This document shows positions 24,009-36,480 of a stretch of 64,000 nt of DNA, piece by piece. The stretch's first letter is position 1. The number at the start of each line of letters is the position of its first letter. The translations under genes and the position numbers were made by a program. The notes beneath the pieces are model-generated. The model was not told where the DNA came from and made no database searches. It was given only the letters and a program-made list of their open reading frames with translations. This DNA is from Podarcis filfolensis (lineage: Eukaryota): NCBI GenBank assembly GCA_964270895.1, contig OZ185439.1, one strand, 5' to 3'.

Positions 24009-24777
24009 GTAAGTAGCGCCGTCTCCTTTTGTACAGGAGTGCCTATGTATGTTCAAAGAATGCACTGAACATTTTGAACTCACATTGCATAACAATCCTG
24101 TCATTTGCAAGTAGAATAAAATAAAAAAACTCTCTGTTCTCCAGCACATTAGGTAGTATGTTCTTCAGAGGAAGAGTAGGAAATCTTTTAACTTTGATAA
24201 TCTGATCCTTCATTGCTTTATTCCCTTGATATTCTGGAGGCTCAGAAAGAAGACGATTGGGAAACCATCTATTGGGGAAATGTTTCAGCGGGGTGGTATA
24301 AAAGTTTCCTATGTGTTCCTCCCTCCCCCAAATACATCTCATAACTGTTTATACTGCTGAGCAGAGCCTTCTACTGAGATTTCAGTGCGCCTCTTCTTCC
24401 CCTTCCATCACAGTGATTTGCAATAAAATAAATGAATATTTATGTCAAGCTGAAATATCTGACAGTAACAGTATTAAGGTATAAATTGTAAAGATTGGGA
24501 CTTGGTCATGCTGTGAGAATTGATTGTCTTGTTCCCATGTTGGAAGCCTGAGGAATCCTAGCTTACTTTGCCACTGCAAAGGTACAGTACTTGCTTGAGA
24601 GATTATGGCATTATTGGAAGCATCCAGATCTTCGTCAGCTAGCAATCTGGAGGAATTGTGAAAGAGTTAATGCAGCATTTATGAAACAGTTCCCGATTTG
24701 GGGCATTATTAACCAGATAAAATTACAAAAAGTGGCGTATTTTGACTTCCTCTCACTGCTTTCTGATTTCATTTTAG

Positions 24778-24885
24778 GCCAGTGGAAACACTGTTGTGAA
24801 GAATTCATGAAAATTGAGATTATGTCACCACGGAAACCACCATTGTTCTTGACGAAAGAGGCTACTTCAGTTTACCAAGATATGA
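24778..24885 (+). CDS. RTKN2: RTKN2 exon 11
   Basis: ttttag|GC...ATGA|gtaagt; 108 nt; QWKHCCEEFMKIEIMSPRKPPLFLTKEATSVYQDM. Confidence 0.95.
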
Positions 24886-25382
24886 GTAAGTGGGAGATAG
24901 CAGGGTATTTGAAGCAACACTGGACACAACCTATTGTGCCTCTGTTTTATAATCTGTGTGGAGGTTGAATCAATTTCTGTTCTTGCATAACTCTCATTCC
25001 CCGCCCCCCAGTGAAGGGGGAATCCAACCTTATTCCCCCACCCGAGCCCTCTACATGTTTCCAAAATCTGTTCTCATGGGGTTCTCCAAACCTCGGGAAC
25101 AGATTTTGTGGCTGCACACAGGGCTGCCCCACTCAGTTCAACCCTGTGCACAATTAGCTGGCAGTAAGTCCTGTTGTTCTTAGGCTGGATAACTGTTTGG
25201 CAGTAACTGATAATTTTGCATGATATCTGCAGTTGGTAAATTTCTTGTTCTCTAGTTTACTATGTATAATGTTGCAACTGGTTAGATCCATCTTGACCAA
25301 GCGCAGACCTGAGAAGCAGAGTGGCTAAGATGCTGTGCAATAAATTGGGGGTTCCTGGTTTGAATTCCATGTCCTCCTTCAC

Positions 25383-25640
25383 TCATACAATCACAGAGTT
25401 GTAGAGTTGGAAGGGATCCCAAGGGCCGTCTGGTCCAAACTCCTGCAATGCAGAAATCCCAGGTAAAGAATCCCAGACAGATGGCCATCCAATCTCTGTT
25501 TAAAAACTTCCAGTGAAGGAGGATCCACCACCTTCTAAGGTAAACTGTTCCACTGGTGAACAGCTCTTAATGCTAGAAAGTTCTTCCTAATGTTTAGTTG
25601 GAATCTCCTTTCTTATCATTTGAATCCATTGGCTTGGTTT
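25383..25640 (-). mobile_element. CR1 LINE 3' fragment
   Basis: CATACAATCACAGAGTTGTAGAGTTGGAAGGGATCC...TCCAGTGAAGGAGGATCCACCACC...GAAAGTTCTTCCTAATGTT is the typical reverse-complement CR1 3' end. Confidence 0.8.
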
Positions 25641-26513
25641 TGGCAACTCACTGGGGTGTTGTAGGCAAGGCATTCTCTCCCATTGTCTGATCCCTCATTT
25701 GGGTTGTTATATACATGTGAAGTATTATTATTGTTTCTGGATGCTTCTATTCCAGCTATATTATAAGAACACCCCATTTGCCTCTGCTGGTAAGGGGATT
25801 GGAACCATCTTTCTGATCAGTCTAAAATTACCTGACTCTTCTAGGACATGTTATGAATAAAATTGACTTTGCAGCTGACTAGCAGTAGAAAATAATGATT
25901 TGCTCCCAAGCCCAGCAACAGTTTGTTGACCCACTGCCCTTGAGGCTGTAAAAATTGTTATATTGATTACTGTGCTGTGCATTGAAACAGTCTCAAAGCA
26001 GAGTAATATTTGAACAGTGTTTTAAGTGGCCACAAGTAAATCAAGAGTCAAATATGGAGGTACAGCATGAAAGTTGCATTGTAGTTTTTAAAGAAAACGA
26101 GTAATAAACCACATTTATCCTCTTCAAAATGAAAGGAGGTTCATGGTAGGCATTGGCATTCAATATTCCCTGCTCCCTGGACAGTGCTAAGAATTCAGTA
26201 AAAATTAATGAAGATCCACAATAGTTTAACCTCCTGCTGCTGATTTTACAAGGTAAAGTATTCCACCTAATGAAGCCTGCTGTACAGTGGACAGTAAAGC
26301 CATAATTGGCTGTGTTCATAATATTATGGTGTGTGTTTTGTTGATGTGTAAAAGTACAGGAATTTCTGCTGCCCAGGACAATTTTAGGGTCTTGTTTTCC
26401 ATAAAGGTGTGCATGTTTTTATATCGTCGTGGTAAGGTTTAAACACTGGGCTCAACAACACAGCTAAGTATCAATGTAATAAGAATTTTATGTTGTCTTT
26501 TAAAATGTGATAG

Positions 26514-27061
26514 GCATAGATTCCCCAGTAAAACATGAAGCATTCCCTGATACAGTGCAACGAAAAGTTGAGGAAGTCAATGGGGAGCTGCCGATTGGCC
26601 AACAAGAAGGTTTGCCACCTTCATGGGCAGCCGTGTTTGACGGTTCTCACCACATGCTTGTGCAGAAAAGCCTGCTTCCAGGAGCAAAAGAAGAGGCCAT
26701 ATGCCCTAGTGAAGGGAAGGGCAAGAAGAGAAGAGCACCCCTTCCACCATCTGATAAGCCGCCATACATCACAGGAGCACGGACAATGTCAGATCAATTG
26801 GGCAAGGAAAACATCTGGAATAATTCTCCTCATAAAAACAGTTCTCCTGATTCCATCTCATCTTCTGTTCCTCACTTCAAACAACCTATTGCAGCTCCCC
26901 GCAAACCAACTCCTTGGCAGAAAGGTAACTTCGCTGACAATGAAAATCCTGCCGATTCAGGTACAAAGGTTGATAATAGCGACAAACCCATTCCTGCTCC
27001 TAGGCAGAAGTTGGTCAAAGAGATGCTTGAGCCTAGAATCTGTTTTCATTCGCAGGTGTAG
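26514..27061 (+). CDS. RTKN2: RTKN2 exon 12, terminal coding part
   Basis: gatag|GC ATA GAT TCC; SIDSPVKHE...KPIPAPRQK...PRICFHSQV*; stop TAG at 27059-27061. Confidence 0.94.
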
Positions 27062-30000
27062 GATTGGTGCTTGGTTTGCTCAGAATTACGGGGGCAAAGG
27101 GAGTGTTGGCCATGTTCACTATCTGTCTTTCGCCAGAGTTCCTGAAGTGTTAACATATTTATTTTCAACACATAGCCAGGTGATTGAGATTATAGCAAAG
27201 GAAACACCTCTCCTTCCATCCTGTCCCCAACTTGCTTGACATCGCCAGTGTGTAAAGAGATTCCTCAACCAAGATACAAATCAGCAGGGTTGTTTTTTTT
27301 AACGATGGAGAACCTTCTGATAGACTTAAACTGTTCTCCCCCCCTCCAAAACATCTGCATGATCTTTAATAATTCAACCCATACATTTTCCCCAGATTGC
27401 ATTTCAAATATCCAGTCTCACATTTACGACAGGTTTTTGAGCAGGCACTTAACTTGAGGAGAATAAAATTCTTCCTTGTGTTGTCAGGATTAACCACAGA
27501 TGCTGTTGGCCTCTGCCCATAGAAGTCTATGGGACCAGTCTCTAGACCCTCACAGTAATAGGAATGTCTCTTCATGAATGGTCTTACAAAAGAGTTTGAA
27601 GAAAATAAAGTACCTGTAGGCCCGCTTGTTTACCATCCCATCCTCCTGTGAAGCTCTCTCGTTCTTGCCCCCTTCCTCTAGTTTTAACCCCGTCCCTGCC
27701 CAAGTGGCACACAGCTAGAGTTTGTAAGGCGTTTCCCATAGTGCTTCCAAAGTCAGGTGAATTGTGCAGTGTCAGATGCGATTTGAAATCCCTGTGGGAG
27801 CGACCTGTAATAAAACTCATTCCCTTGCCCAGTCCCCCAGGGCTTTGTACTGCATTTCTAGTCCGTCAGGATTTCCCAGGTTCTGTAGCTGGGCTTACCT
27901 GGTAATTTAAGCATATGCAGAGTCTTCTAGTCTTTCATTTAAAACAACAACAACAACAACCTTTTATTGCTTTATTAGCACAGTGAACAAGTATCTCTTA
28001 GACTTACATTTCTTAGATATATTCTCTTTATTTTCCTGGTTTTGTTTGTGCAGTAGTAATCCTGAATATGAGGTAGCTGTATATGCGTAAGTGCTGGGCT
28101 GAGACAGTAGTCAAGTCCACTGTTCTTAGACATTTGAAGACCCCCAATGCCTGTTTGGGCTGTTAATGTTTTCTGTTGTATTCTAAAATGACATCATCAG
28201 AATTCACTCTTCATTGACAGGTGGGAGAGAAACTTCTTTCTTTAGTATTTTAGATAATAACATTTAGATAACAACCCTACAATTCTGTGATCTATGTCTG
28301 AATTGTAGAAAGCAACACACATTCATATCTGTAGGAAAAGAGATTCTGCATTGCAAGCAGAAACTAGGTAGAGGAAATGAACACACATTTTCAAATAAAA
28401 TTGATTTCCCCTCCCCAGAACAATAAGCTTAAATTGAAACTGAGGGTGTGTATAAATTTGAAAGGTGTTTTAAAATTTCTATATATATCTTGGCCTGTTT
28501 AAAATCCTAATGTTTTCCTCTTCAAGTGTTTGAATTTGAATGCAAAAGTGGCAGCTTCTTTTTAGTTAGACTGGATTGTATGAATTATGTTAGATTACAA
28601 GATTTTACTGTGTGTTAACGTCTTAATGAAATCTGATCAGGTACGGTTTTAACCTATGTATTAGTTCATTGCATTGTGAAGTTGTGTAACATAGAAAGTA
28701 CATTATATAGTTTGGAGGAGCTATAATTTCAGGATCACCTGTTTTATTTTTTAGCTACTCTTAGAGGAACAGAATAAAGATAATGTAGCAGAGGGTTAGT
28801 ATGACATTAATGCTCTCTAATCCCTTAATGAGTATAGCAGAATCCTTTTAATTGGCATATTTCTGTTAGCAGTAGGGGAGTGCCAATTAAGCAATCTTCT
28901 CAATTTTAAGACTCTCAGGAATATGCTGAGCTTATTGATATTTGCTTTTTATTCCATGCCTTGAACTACAGATTAGTAATGTGCAAAGCATTCCAAATTC
29001 CTACATCTTTATTTGATTAGCAAGCCACACTAGCACAGTGAAGCTCCATGAAATATGTCCATAGAGGATGCCTTGATTTAGCAAATGCAGTTCTAAAGCA
29101 TTTGTGACTGTGACTGAACTTGCAAGACAGCTCTTAGCCACAGAGTTTATCCTCTGAAGTTAATTAAATTGAATTTTTATCCACATTGTCAAACCATTGT
29201 ATCTTCCTATCAGGGGAGGGGCAGCTCCTCATGCAGAAACTGTACAAAATTCTTAGGGAGGAAATCACCCTTTCCTTCTTGATGTATTTTCAGAATCTCA
29301 AAACATGGCTGAATGGGAGCAAAATAATTGGCTCCCATTCTTCTTCTTTGGCCATTTGACATGTACACCATCTTGAAAAAAGCAATAGCTTCCCTAAGAT
29401 TTATAAACATTTAGATCTTTGGAAGTAGCTAGTCTCATTAGATAATTAAGTAACAATCTGGGGTGGTGTTACAGTGGCACAATCTAAGCAAAAGGGAGGC
29501 GCTGGTGCTCTCATTGCAATCCCTGAAGCTCTATGGACTTCTGGGGCACAGACGATGGTGCAGACTTGCATTTAAAGGCACAGATCTGCCTGTGTAGCTT
29601 GGTCCTCAGACGTTATTGTGGGGAGAGCTCAAGTGGTAAGGAGTATCAAGCTTGAATCTGCCACCTCGAACCCTTTCATAACAGGGAGAGGAGCATCTGA
29701 TCTAGACTGTGACATCTTTATTTAACCATTGGGATCTCTGTGACCCCTCGGACTGATTCTTGGGAAAAAATGTGGGATTTGGATGCAGCATTTGGGGTGC
29801 AGGGAGAGAAAAGAAGAAACCCTTGCAACACAGTTTGAATCAGATGTGACCCCTTCCATGTGGTGAGGCACTAGGTATGGGGTGCATATGTGCTTGAGAT
29901 CTCAGCTGGGATCTCTGCCTGATAAATAGCAGTCTCCACAGGCCTACAGAGAGCTTCATGCAAGTGGCATCTTGCCCATGGACCTCAATAGCAAGGAGAG

Positions 30001-31765
30001 AATAGAGTCCCCAGAATGGCTGGGATCGGAGCTATTCTTCCTCAATTAGAGATGCAATAAACACCCTTAGGTATTGCACTTCTCACCCAGCTGCCTCCTT
30101 GAGGCAGAAAGAATGCCACAGTACCCTTTCTGCACCTGGGAAAGATTGATGTAGCTCCACGTCACACAGGCACCATTAAGGCTGCAAGAGGCAGCAGCTA
30201 CCTTCACTTCTCAGGACAAAGGGTGTGTGGATGCAGTTGCAGTTATGACTGTTGGTCCTTAAAGTGCTAGATGAGATCGCAGCAAAAAAATCCTTTCCTG
30301 GTACTTTGCGTGTCCCAGGAATTGAGTGGTGCATCACTGTCATTTCTCCAGAATCAAGAGTGGGAGAAGTTCAAGCATGGTTGCAGTAGAGAGAAGGGAG
30401 GGTTTCAGGTGTGATTTGCAGGGCTGGTATGAGTCATGTGTGCTTTTGGGCATAGTCTAGTTCATAGCATAAGAAATCAAATTCAATAAATTTCCCTGTA
30501 GTGGAATTCTAGTAATTCTTATTCACCATTAGACATGTTCAGATGGAAAACTGACGGTGCATTTTGCCTGGAAGAAGGATACCCTGGATTTATTTTCATG
30601 CCTTTATATGTCTACCAGCCAATGTCCAGCAAGAAGTGCCAGGGAAGCAAAGTAGTGCCGCCAACTTCTTCACGCTTTATTATTTTCTTAAACAGCTAAA
30701 GCCTACAGGTATGATATTGGCTCCAGGGTAGCCTCATTTTGCCCATGTGCAGTTGAGCCAGGGTGGTGTGTGTGTTTGTGTACACATACACACACACACG
30801 GATTGCAGGGAACATGACTTCAAATCTGTGCTCACCCATGAAGCTCAATGGGTGACGCGAGCCCAGTCTCTCTCTCCAAACTTATCTTCACAGGGCTGTT
30901 GTGAGAATAAAATGGGATGATCCTCAAGCACACAACTGCAAGATCATTGGAGAGAGAATGGAATTTAAAAAAAAGATAGATAACAATGCTGTCTAATAAT
31001 CTCTCATACCGTATTGAAAGTTCCTCGATTCGTCCCCCTGCCCCCTTTGATCGAGCTCTTAAGGAATGATTTTACATATGCATGTCCATCACTCACAATC
31101 TTACCCCGCAGTGGCTTACTGCTTGATGACAGCTGAACATGTGAACTGCCCCCATTTCAAAGAGAGACACTCCTCCGTTGTCTCTCGAGACAGGCGGATG
31201 ATACCAACCACAACAATATTTGAGATGGATTTTATATGAAGGCTTACTCTGCGGGGTTTGATCTGTGTCTTGTTGCTTGATGTTGCACTTGAGCTGAATG
31301 TGCATCTCTTAAGTCTCTCTAATTGCAATCAACTTTGAAGTAAGGGGAGGGCAAACTACATTAGCTGTGGAAGTGGAACCTCACCCTGCCTAGAACTTGC
31401 ATTTAATCATGCCTCATCACTATTGCATGTACAAACTGTTAATAATGCCTTGGGTACTCTGTTAAAGGTTCAACGATGTAGGTGGAGTTACTATTTGTGT
31501 GAGGCTTTTAAAAAAACTTATTTAATTTGTTTACATGTTTTAATTATGTTTGGGAGTAATATGCTTCCATTTTCCACTAATGCTAAGTGGATAGTTTTGT
31601 ACTTGAAATGCCTGTGGATGACCTGGTAGATAGTGGTTTTGCTGCTAAATGTGTATTGTTTTTTATTCCAAGGTATGTCAGACTTAAAAAAATATATAAC
31701 AAATGTAGAAACTTAAATATTGTATAAAATGAGTATGAACAATAAACTTCTGTGTTCGTTATAAG
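27062..31765 (+). other. RTKN2: Probable RTKN2 3'UTR (longest form)
   Basis: Follows the stop codon; AU-rich; candidate AATAAA at 27462-27467 (proximal) and 31741-31746 (distal). The true end is inferred. Confidence 0.45.
31741..31746 (+). terminator. RTKN2: Candidate distal polyadenylation signal of RTKN2
   Basis: AATAAA preceded by U-rich/TGTA elements and followed by GU-rich TCTGTGTTCGTT and CTGCTGTGTT. Confidence 0.5.
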
Positions 31766-31780
31766 TCTGACTGCTGTGTT

Positions 31781-32093
31781 TCATTGAGTACATGGATTGA
31801 TAATATGGACAGATTAGCTACATACGAATGAATTGCATGTCGACGCAAAATAAGAATGGATAAATATGAAGAAATCTGCAATGAATATTTAAGCTATAAG
31901 GTGGATAGTGGTGGGAAGTAGGGGGAGGAGAGAGAGGTGGGAAAATATTGTTTAAAAAGGTGTAGTCATAGGCATATCAGTGTATTCAAATCTGAATTGT
32001 TAAATTTTGTTATTGTTATTATGGTTTTTGTTGTATGTGTCTTTTGCAATTCATGTTTGTATCGAAAAAATGATTATTATTTTTTTTAAAAAA
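31781..32093 (+). mobile_element. 5'-truncated L1/Tx1-type LINE with TSD
   Basis: WIDNMDRLATYE*IACRRKIRMDKYEEICNEYLSY resembles a non-mammalian L1 ORF2 C-terminus; G-rich then T-rich 3'UTR, A tail; direct repeats CTGACTGCTGTGTT (31767-31780, 32096-32109). Confidence 0.75.
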
Positions 32094-32777
32094 GACTGAC
32101 TGCTGTGTTGGTCTCCAGGAAAGTGGGAACAGGGAGATCTAAAACGGTGCTCTTTTCTTGGAATAATTGTGTTGGTGGAGCAAGGCTTTTTTAATTTTTA
32201 AAGTATCCCAGCTTTCCTAATCAATGCAGTTGGCCCAATAAAATACATCATTTTGACTCTGACCTATGGTTTTGTTTTGTTTTCAAGTACATTTATAGAA
32301 TTATAAATCATGCTTCCCTGACCTTTTATGAAATAAAAGAACTATTTTGGGCTTAGCTAATTTCTTAAACTGTACAATCTGCTGAGTAGATCCCCTGGGC
32401 TAGAACTGAAGAGTAAACAGTATGTTGGCCTCGCTGTAACAACAAGGCAAAGAGATAAAGCTATCCAATAGTAAATGTTAATTACATTTCTAATAGTCTG
32501 ACTATAAGCCATTATGGTGCTAAAAAAAGGAAATATTCATAAAAGTAATTGGACATATTATGTAAACTGACATTCATTTCACTTTAGCATACTTCAGTGA
32601 GCACAATATTCTATGGCTGTTCTGCTGTTTTCTAAATTCTCCAAGGTACGCAAAGGGGCATTGAACAAATAAGCATTTCATATAATTTAGCCAGGGTTTT
32701 AAATTTTTATCCTGCCTTTTAGATTTGCTACAACTGAATGGTTAAGTGTGGTGTGTGTGTTTGTGTGTATCCCTGAA

Positions 32778-32779
<2 letters not shown>

Positions 32780-32819
<40 letters not shown>
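32780..32819. repeat. (TA)n microsatellite
   Basis: Direct reading. Confidence 0.97.
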
Positions 32820-32823
<4 letters not shown>

Positions 32824-35699
32824 GAAGATGATGGGCTTGGGTCTGGATGGTTCTTGTGCTCAGAAAAAGTTAAACAGCTATAATAATTTGGGGTACTTAA
32901 TCTTTTGCTGAGAAAACACCACTGCATATGCATCAGTTGTGTTTCCTGCATAACATGTTTAGTTGCCCCAAATCAGGATTCCCAGATACATAGATGTTTT
33001 AAAGTGTGTGTGTGTGTGCTATCGCTGCATATTTGTTGCAGAAAATCCTGGCATACACACAGGAAATACATTTGCCACCTAACATGTGAGCACTAGCTCA
33101 GTAAGCCAGGCAATTAGAACAGGCACCTGAGCACTTCTTTGGGGGGTAGGGAGTTGTCAACAGTGAACTATGAATCCGCCCCCCCCCCCCGTTAATTTTC
33201 TTGGACTCAAAGGGCAGAAACTGCTGTTTGCTGTATGAAATACTTCAAATGCCTCTGCTCTTTTAAAGCCAAACACAGACATAGTATATTTTTGCCCAAT
33301 TATCATCAACGAACTGTAATAAACTGTTACAAGAAGCTTGGCAGATACTTCAATCTTGGGGAAACTTGATTGATTTATGAGTTTATGAAGAATGCTGAAG
33401 TATGATGGATTGATTTTTATTTTTTTTAAATAGTGCTCTGGAAGTCAGTTCAGATGAGTGATTTAATGAAAATCACATTGCGAGCAAAGTTGCGGCAGTT
33501 TGCTTCAAGGGATTATACTGAAACAAGATAGGATAATATCTTAATATAACCACTACCAAATGGACATAATTGAGATCTCCCATATGCACATGAAGATCTG
33601 TCTGCGAAACATCGCCATAAATTGCTTTTGCTCCATGAAAAATAATCTTTGAACATTTTTTTTATATCAAGACAGCTATCAAAATGTTTATATACCTTCA
33701 AAAGAAAAATAACCCTACCAATGAGGACAACATTTCTGCTTCTAAAAGCTGATCTTTGCTGTTGACCTGATGATAAAGCAAGATTCTGAAACTCTTGATT
33801 TAAGGTAGATCAAAGTTATTACCTGTCCTGACTACTTGGCATAGGGTGTGCTAGAAAACTGAATGGAGGCCGTTGCTTTACACATTACCGTAGAAGGCAA
33901 CAAGGCTTCAAGATGCAGTAAAGTATGTGCCCACACTACATAAGCCAGAGAAACAGGCTGTGAGCAACTGTGTCCACTTGTGGTTTGGCTCCCCACAGTA
34001 TCTTTTCATGGAGCACCTGTGGTGAAAGGCAACTAGCTACCTCACAGGCAAAACACACAGATTCCACGGTGTGCTTCTTTCTGCTGGAGCCATTAAGCAC
34101 CTTAAATCATAATCACAGGCTTTGATTTATTCTCCAAGGCTTTAGTTTCTGCCTGAGCCACCTACTTCAGAGCCAATCTCATGCATGTCTGTTCGGAAGC
34201 AAACTCCATTGAATTCAATGAGGCTTACACCTACATAACTGTAATGAACCCTAGTTTCTATTTGATAGAATAAAATTTCCATATTCACTGCCTTCATTAA
34301 ACACACACATCAAATTACGAGTTTTATTTATTTTTATTTACTGCAATTTATTTAAGACTGCCCAGTAACATTGTTTAAAGTTGTGTTTATGTTATATTAC
34401 CAGCTGGACCAAAGACTCACATGTATCATTAGCAGTGCCCTGATCACTCGGAAGGTAAGCTACCCAGTCTATATAATCACCAGGGCTACAGAATTCCTTT
34501 GTATGGTGAAAGACTATGCATGCCAGGTCCTTGTAGTGTACATTACAGGACGTTGTGGTGGAGGAGGGACACGTGGGCTTCTTCCTACACGAAGGGACTT
34601 CCTAGTCCTGTAGGAGCTGATCAGATGTAAGCCCAGCCACCCCAATTCCATGGTAGCACCTCCAGAAGGGAGGAAATTAATGGGACAATGGGAAATGTTT
34701 TGTGTGCTGTTCTTGTCCCCCAGTCAGATAAACTGACGAGGGCTTGCAATGGCACAGACTTATGGCTCTCAGCAGCACTAATATTGCAAGACCCAGGATT
34801 TAAAGGTCTCGCAAGATTTTGAAGCAAGATTTCTGGGACCTTATAAACAGCTTCACACATGGTAAGCCTCAACTGGGCTTCCACAAGTAAAGCACAATAC
34901 CAATAGCATCTCCCTCCCTCCCTCCCCACCCCCATTTTACTGCCCTCTTTTATATGGCAATGTTCTGATCAATTCTCTGGAAATCTAACAAAGTTGTGGC
35001 TATTTTGCTCCAGCGCTGTGGCCTCCTTATTTGTCATCTGTACAGTGTCTCTGTGTTATGTCTGGTTCAAACAGAATATGCAAATGATGTATGTTCTATG
35101 TTGTGGTGACTGTACTTTTGTTTTTCTCAAGCCCTTGGGATGACATAGAGTAAAAAAAAATATCAATAAGCCTTGACTACCTTAACAACACGAGGTTGCT
35201 CGTGCTCCTGTTTATCAGGTTAAGGCTAAGAGGAAGGATTTGAACCCAGTTCCGTTGTCTTCAGATATGTATTTGTACAGCATCCTTGGCCATCTGTGTT
35301 TCTTACAAGCTAATGAAAATCCCTGGGAGCTGTTGAATGCTATTCTTAGACAAAACCTCATTATCTGGATTTCTGTACCATTGAAAGCATACAGATCACC
35401 CTGGAGAAGCTAATGGATGTAAATAAATCCACACCAATTAAGTTGGTAAAAGAAAGAGAGTAATATGAAAGATCTTGTGTTCTCAAATGTGCTCTGTAAC
35501 TGAATAGGGTTTTTTCATATAGGCTACATTGTTAAAGGAGTAATGCCATAATATAGCTCCACTCTGCCATTGCAAAGGAAATCAAAAACAATATAGCACG
35601 AAATAAGGTGTAATGGACCTCTTCTGTTAACAAGGACCTAATACAATTATTTTCCCCACAGGCATCATTGACAAGCCACACCTTTGTTCTCAATTGCTT

Positions 35700-36480
35700 C
35701 TCCCTAGTTATGCATGTTATGAGAAAATGGCTAGGAGAGAGGTTTTTCTCCCTGTCTCATAGACTAGAACCCAGGACCATCTAATACAGCTGAAGGTTGG
35801 AAAATTCAGGACAGGTAAGAGGAAGTACTTCTTTGTAACTAAACTATAGAATTGGTTCCTGCCAGATGTAGTGACAAACATCAAGTTGGGTAGCTTTGAA
35901 AAAGAATTGGACTAATTCATGAACTAATTCTAGGCATCATAGCTATGTATTGCCTCCACTGTCAGAGGCAGTATGCTGGGAATCACATGGAGAGATGTGC
36001 TGTTGCATTCAGGCCCTGTTTGTGGGCTTCACAAACCAACTGCTTGGCCAATGTGCAGAGCCGACCCACCCTTGAGGTTGGGTGAAGCAGCCACCTGAGG
36101 TGGCGGACAATGCAAGAGGCAACCTCTCCACTGGTGCTATGCCCATTCCACTGCTTCTGCTGCCACCAGAGAAGCAATCCAGGTAAGGGAGGTTTCGGCA
36201 ATGGTAGAGAGGCACAGCATTCTGCCACTTAGCTTTGCCCTGCTGGTCTCTCTGCGCCCCTACCGGCAGAGGGAGACCACCAGCAAAGCTCTCTGGAATG
36301 CCTCCCTCTTGCCGAGCGGGTGTTCCAGGTGCCCTTACTCCGCCACCTCCCAGTGGCGAGGTTGCATTTCCTTGAGGGAAAGGTACCAAACCATCTCTGG
36401 CCGCCCCTGTCAATGTGAGAACAGGATGGCCTCGATGGTTTTTGGCCTGATCCTGCAGCGATATTCTTATTTTCTTATTA
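35700..36480 (+). mobile_element. Old CR1 LINE 3' end interrupted by a hAT-like insert
   Basis: GGAAAATTCAGGACAGGTAAGAGGAAGTACTTCTTT...GGCCAATGTG[insert]AGAACAGGATG...GGCCTGATCCTGCAG...TTCTTATTTTCTTA. Confidence 0.7.
36056..36409. mobile_element. hAT-like non-autonomous element
   Basis: Termini CAGAGCCGACC / GGCCGCCCCTG; 8-bp TSD CCAATGTG (36048-55) / TCAATGTG (36410-17). Confidence 0.65.

Larger units (their letters stand above)
464..27061 (+). other. RTKN2: RTKN2 gene span (12 coding exons, 1848 nt CDS, about 615 aa; HR1 + anillin-homology + PH domains)
   Basis: Exons join in frame (57+200+59+54+118+204+95+107+132+166+108+548=1848); the translation is recognisably rhotekin-2 throughout. 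Confidence 0.96.

Noticed and set aside
26535-27239. 234-aa ORF overlapping RTKN2 exon 12
   Set aside because: Alternative-frame shadow with no recognisable protein features.
30619-30708. Possible extra exon (AG...CAG|GTATGA) after the RTKN2 stop
   Set aside because: Stop codon in the phase-0 frame, no homology; splice-like motifs occur by chance.
34440-34870. GTAAGC donors suggesting an intergenic lncRNA
   Set aside because: No promoter or other support visible in the sequence.
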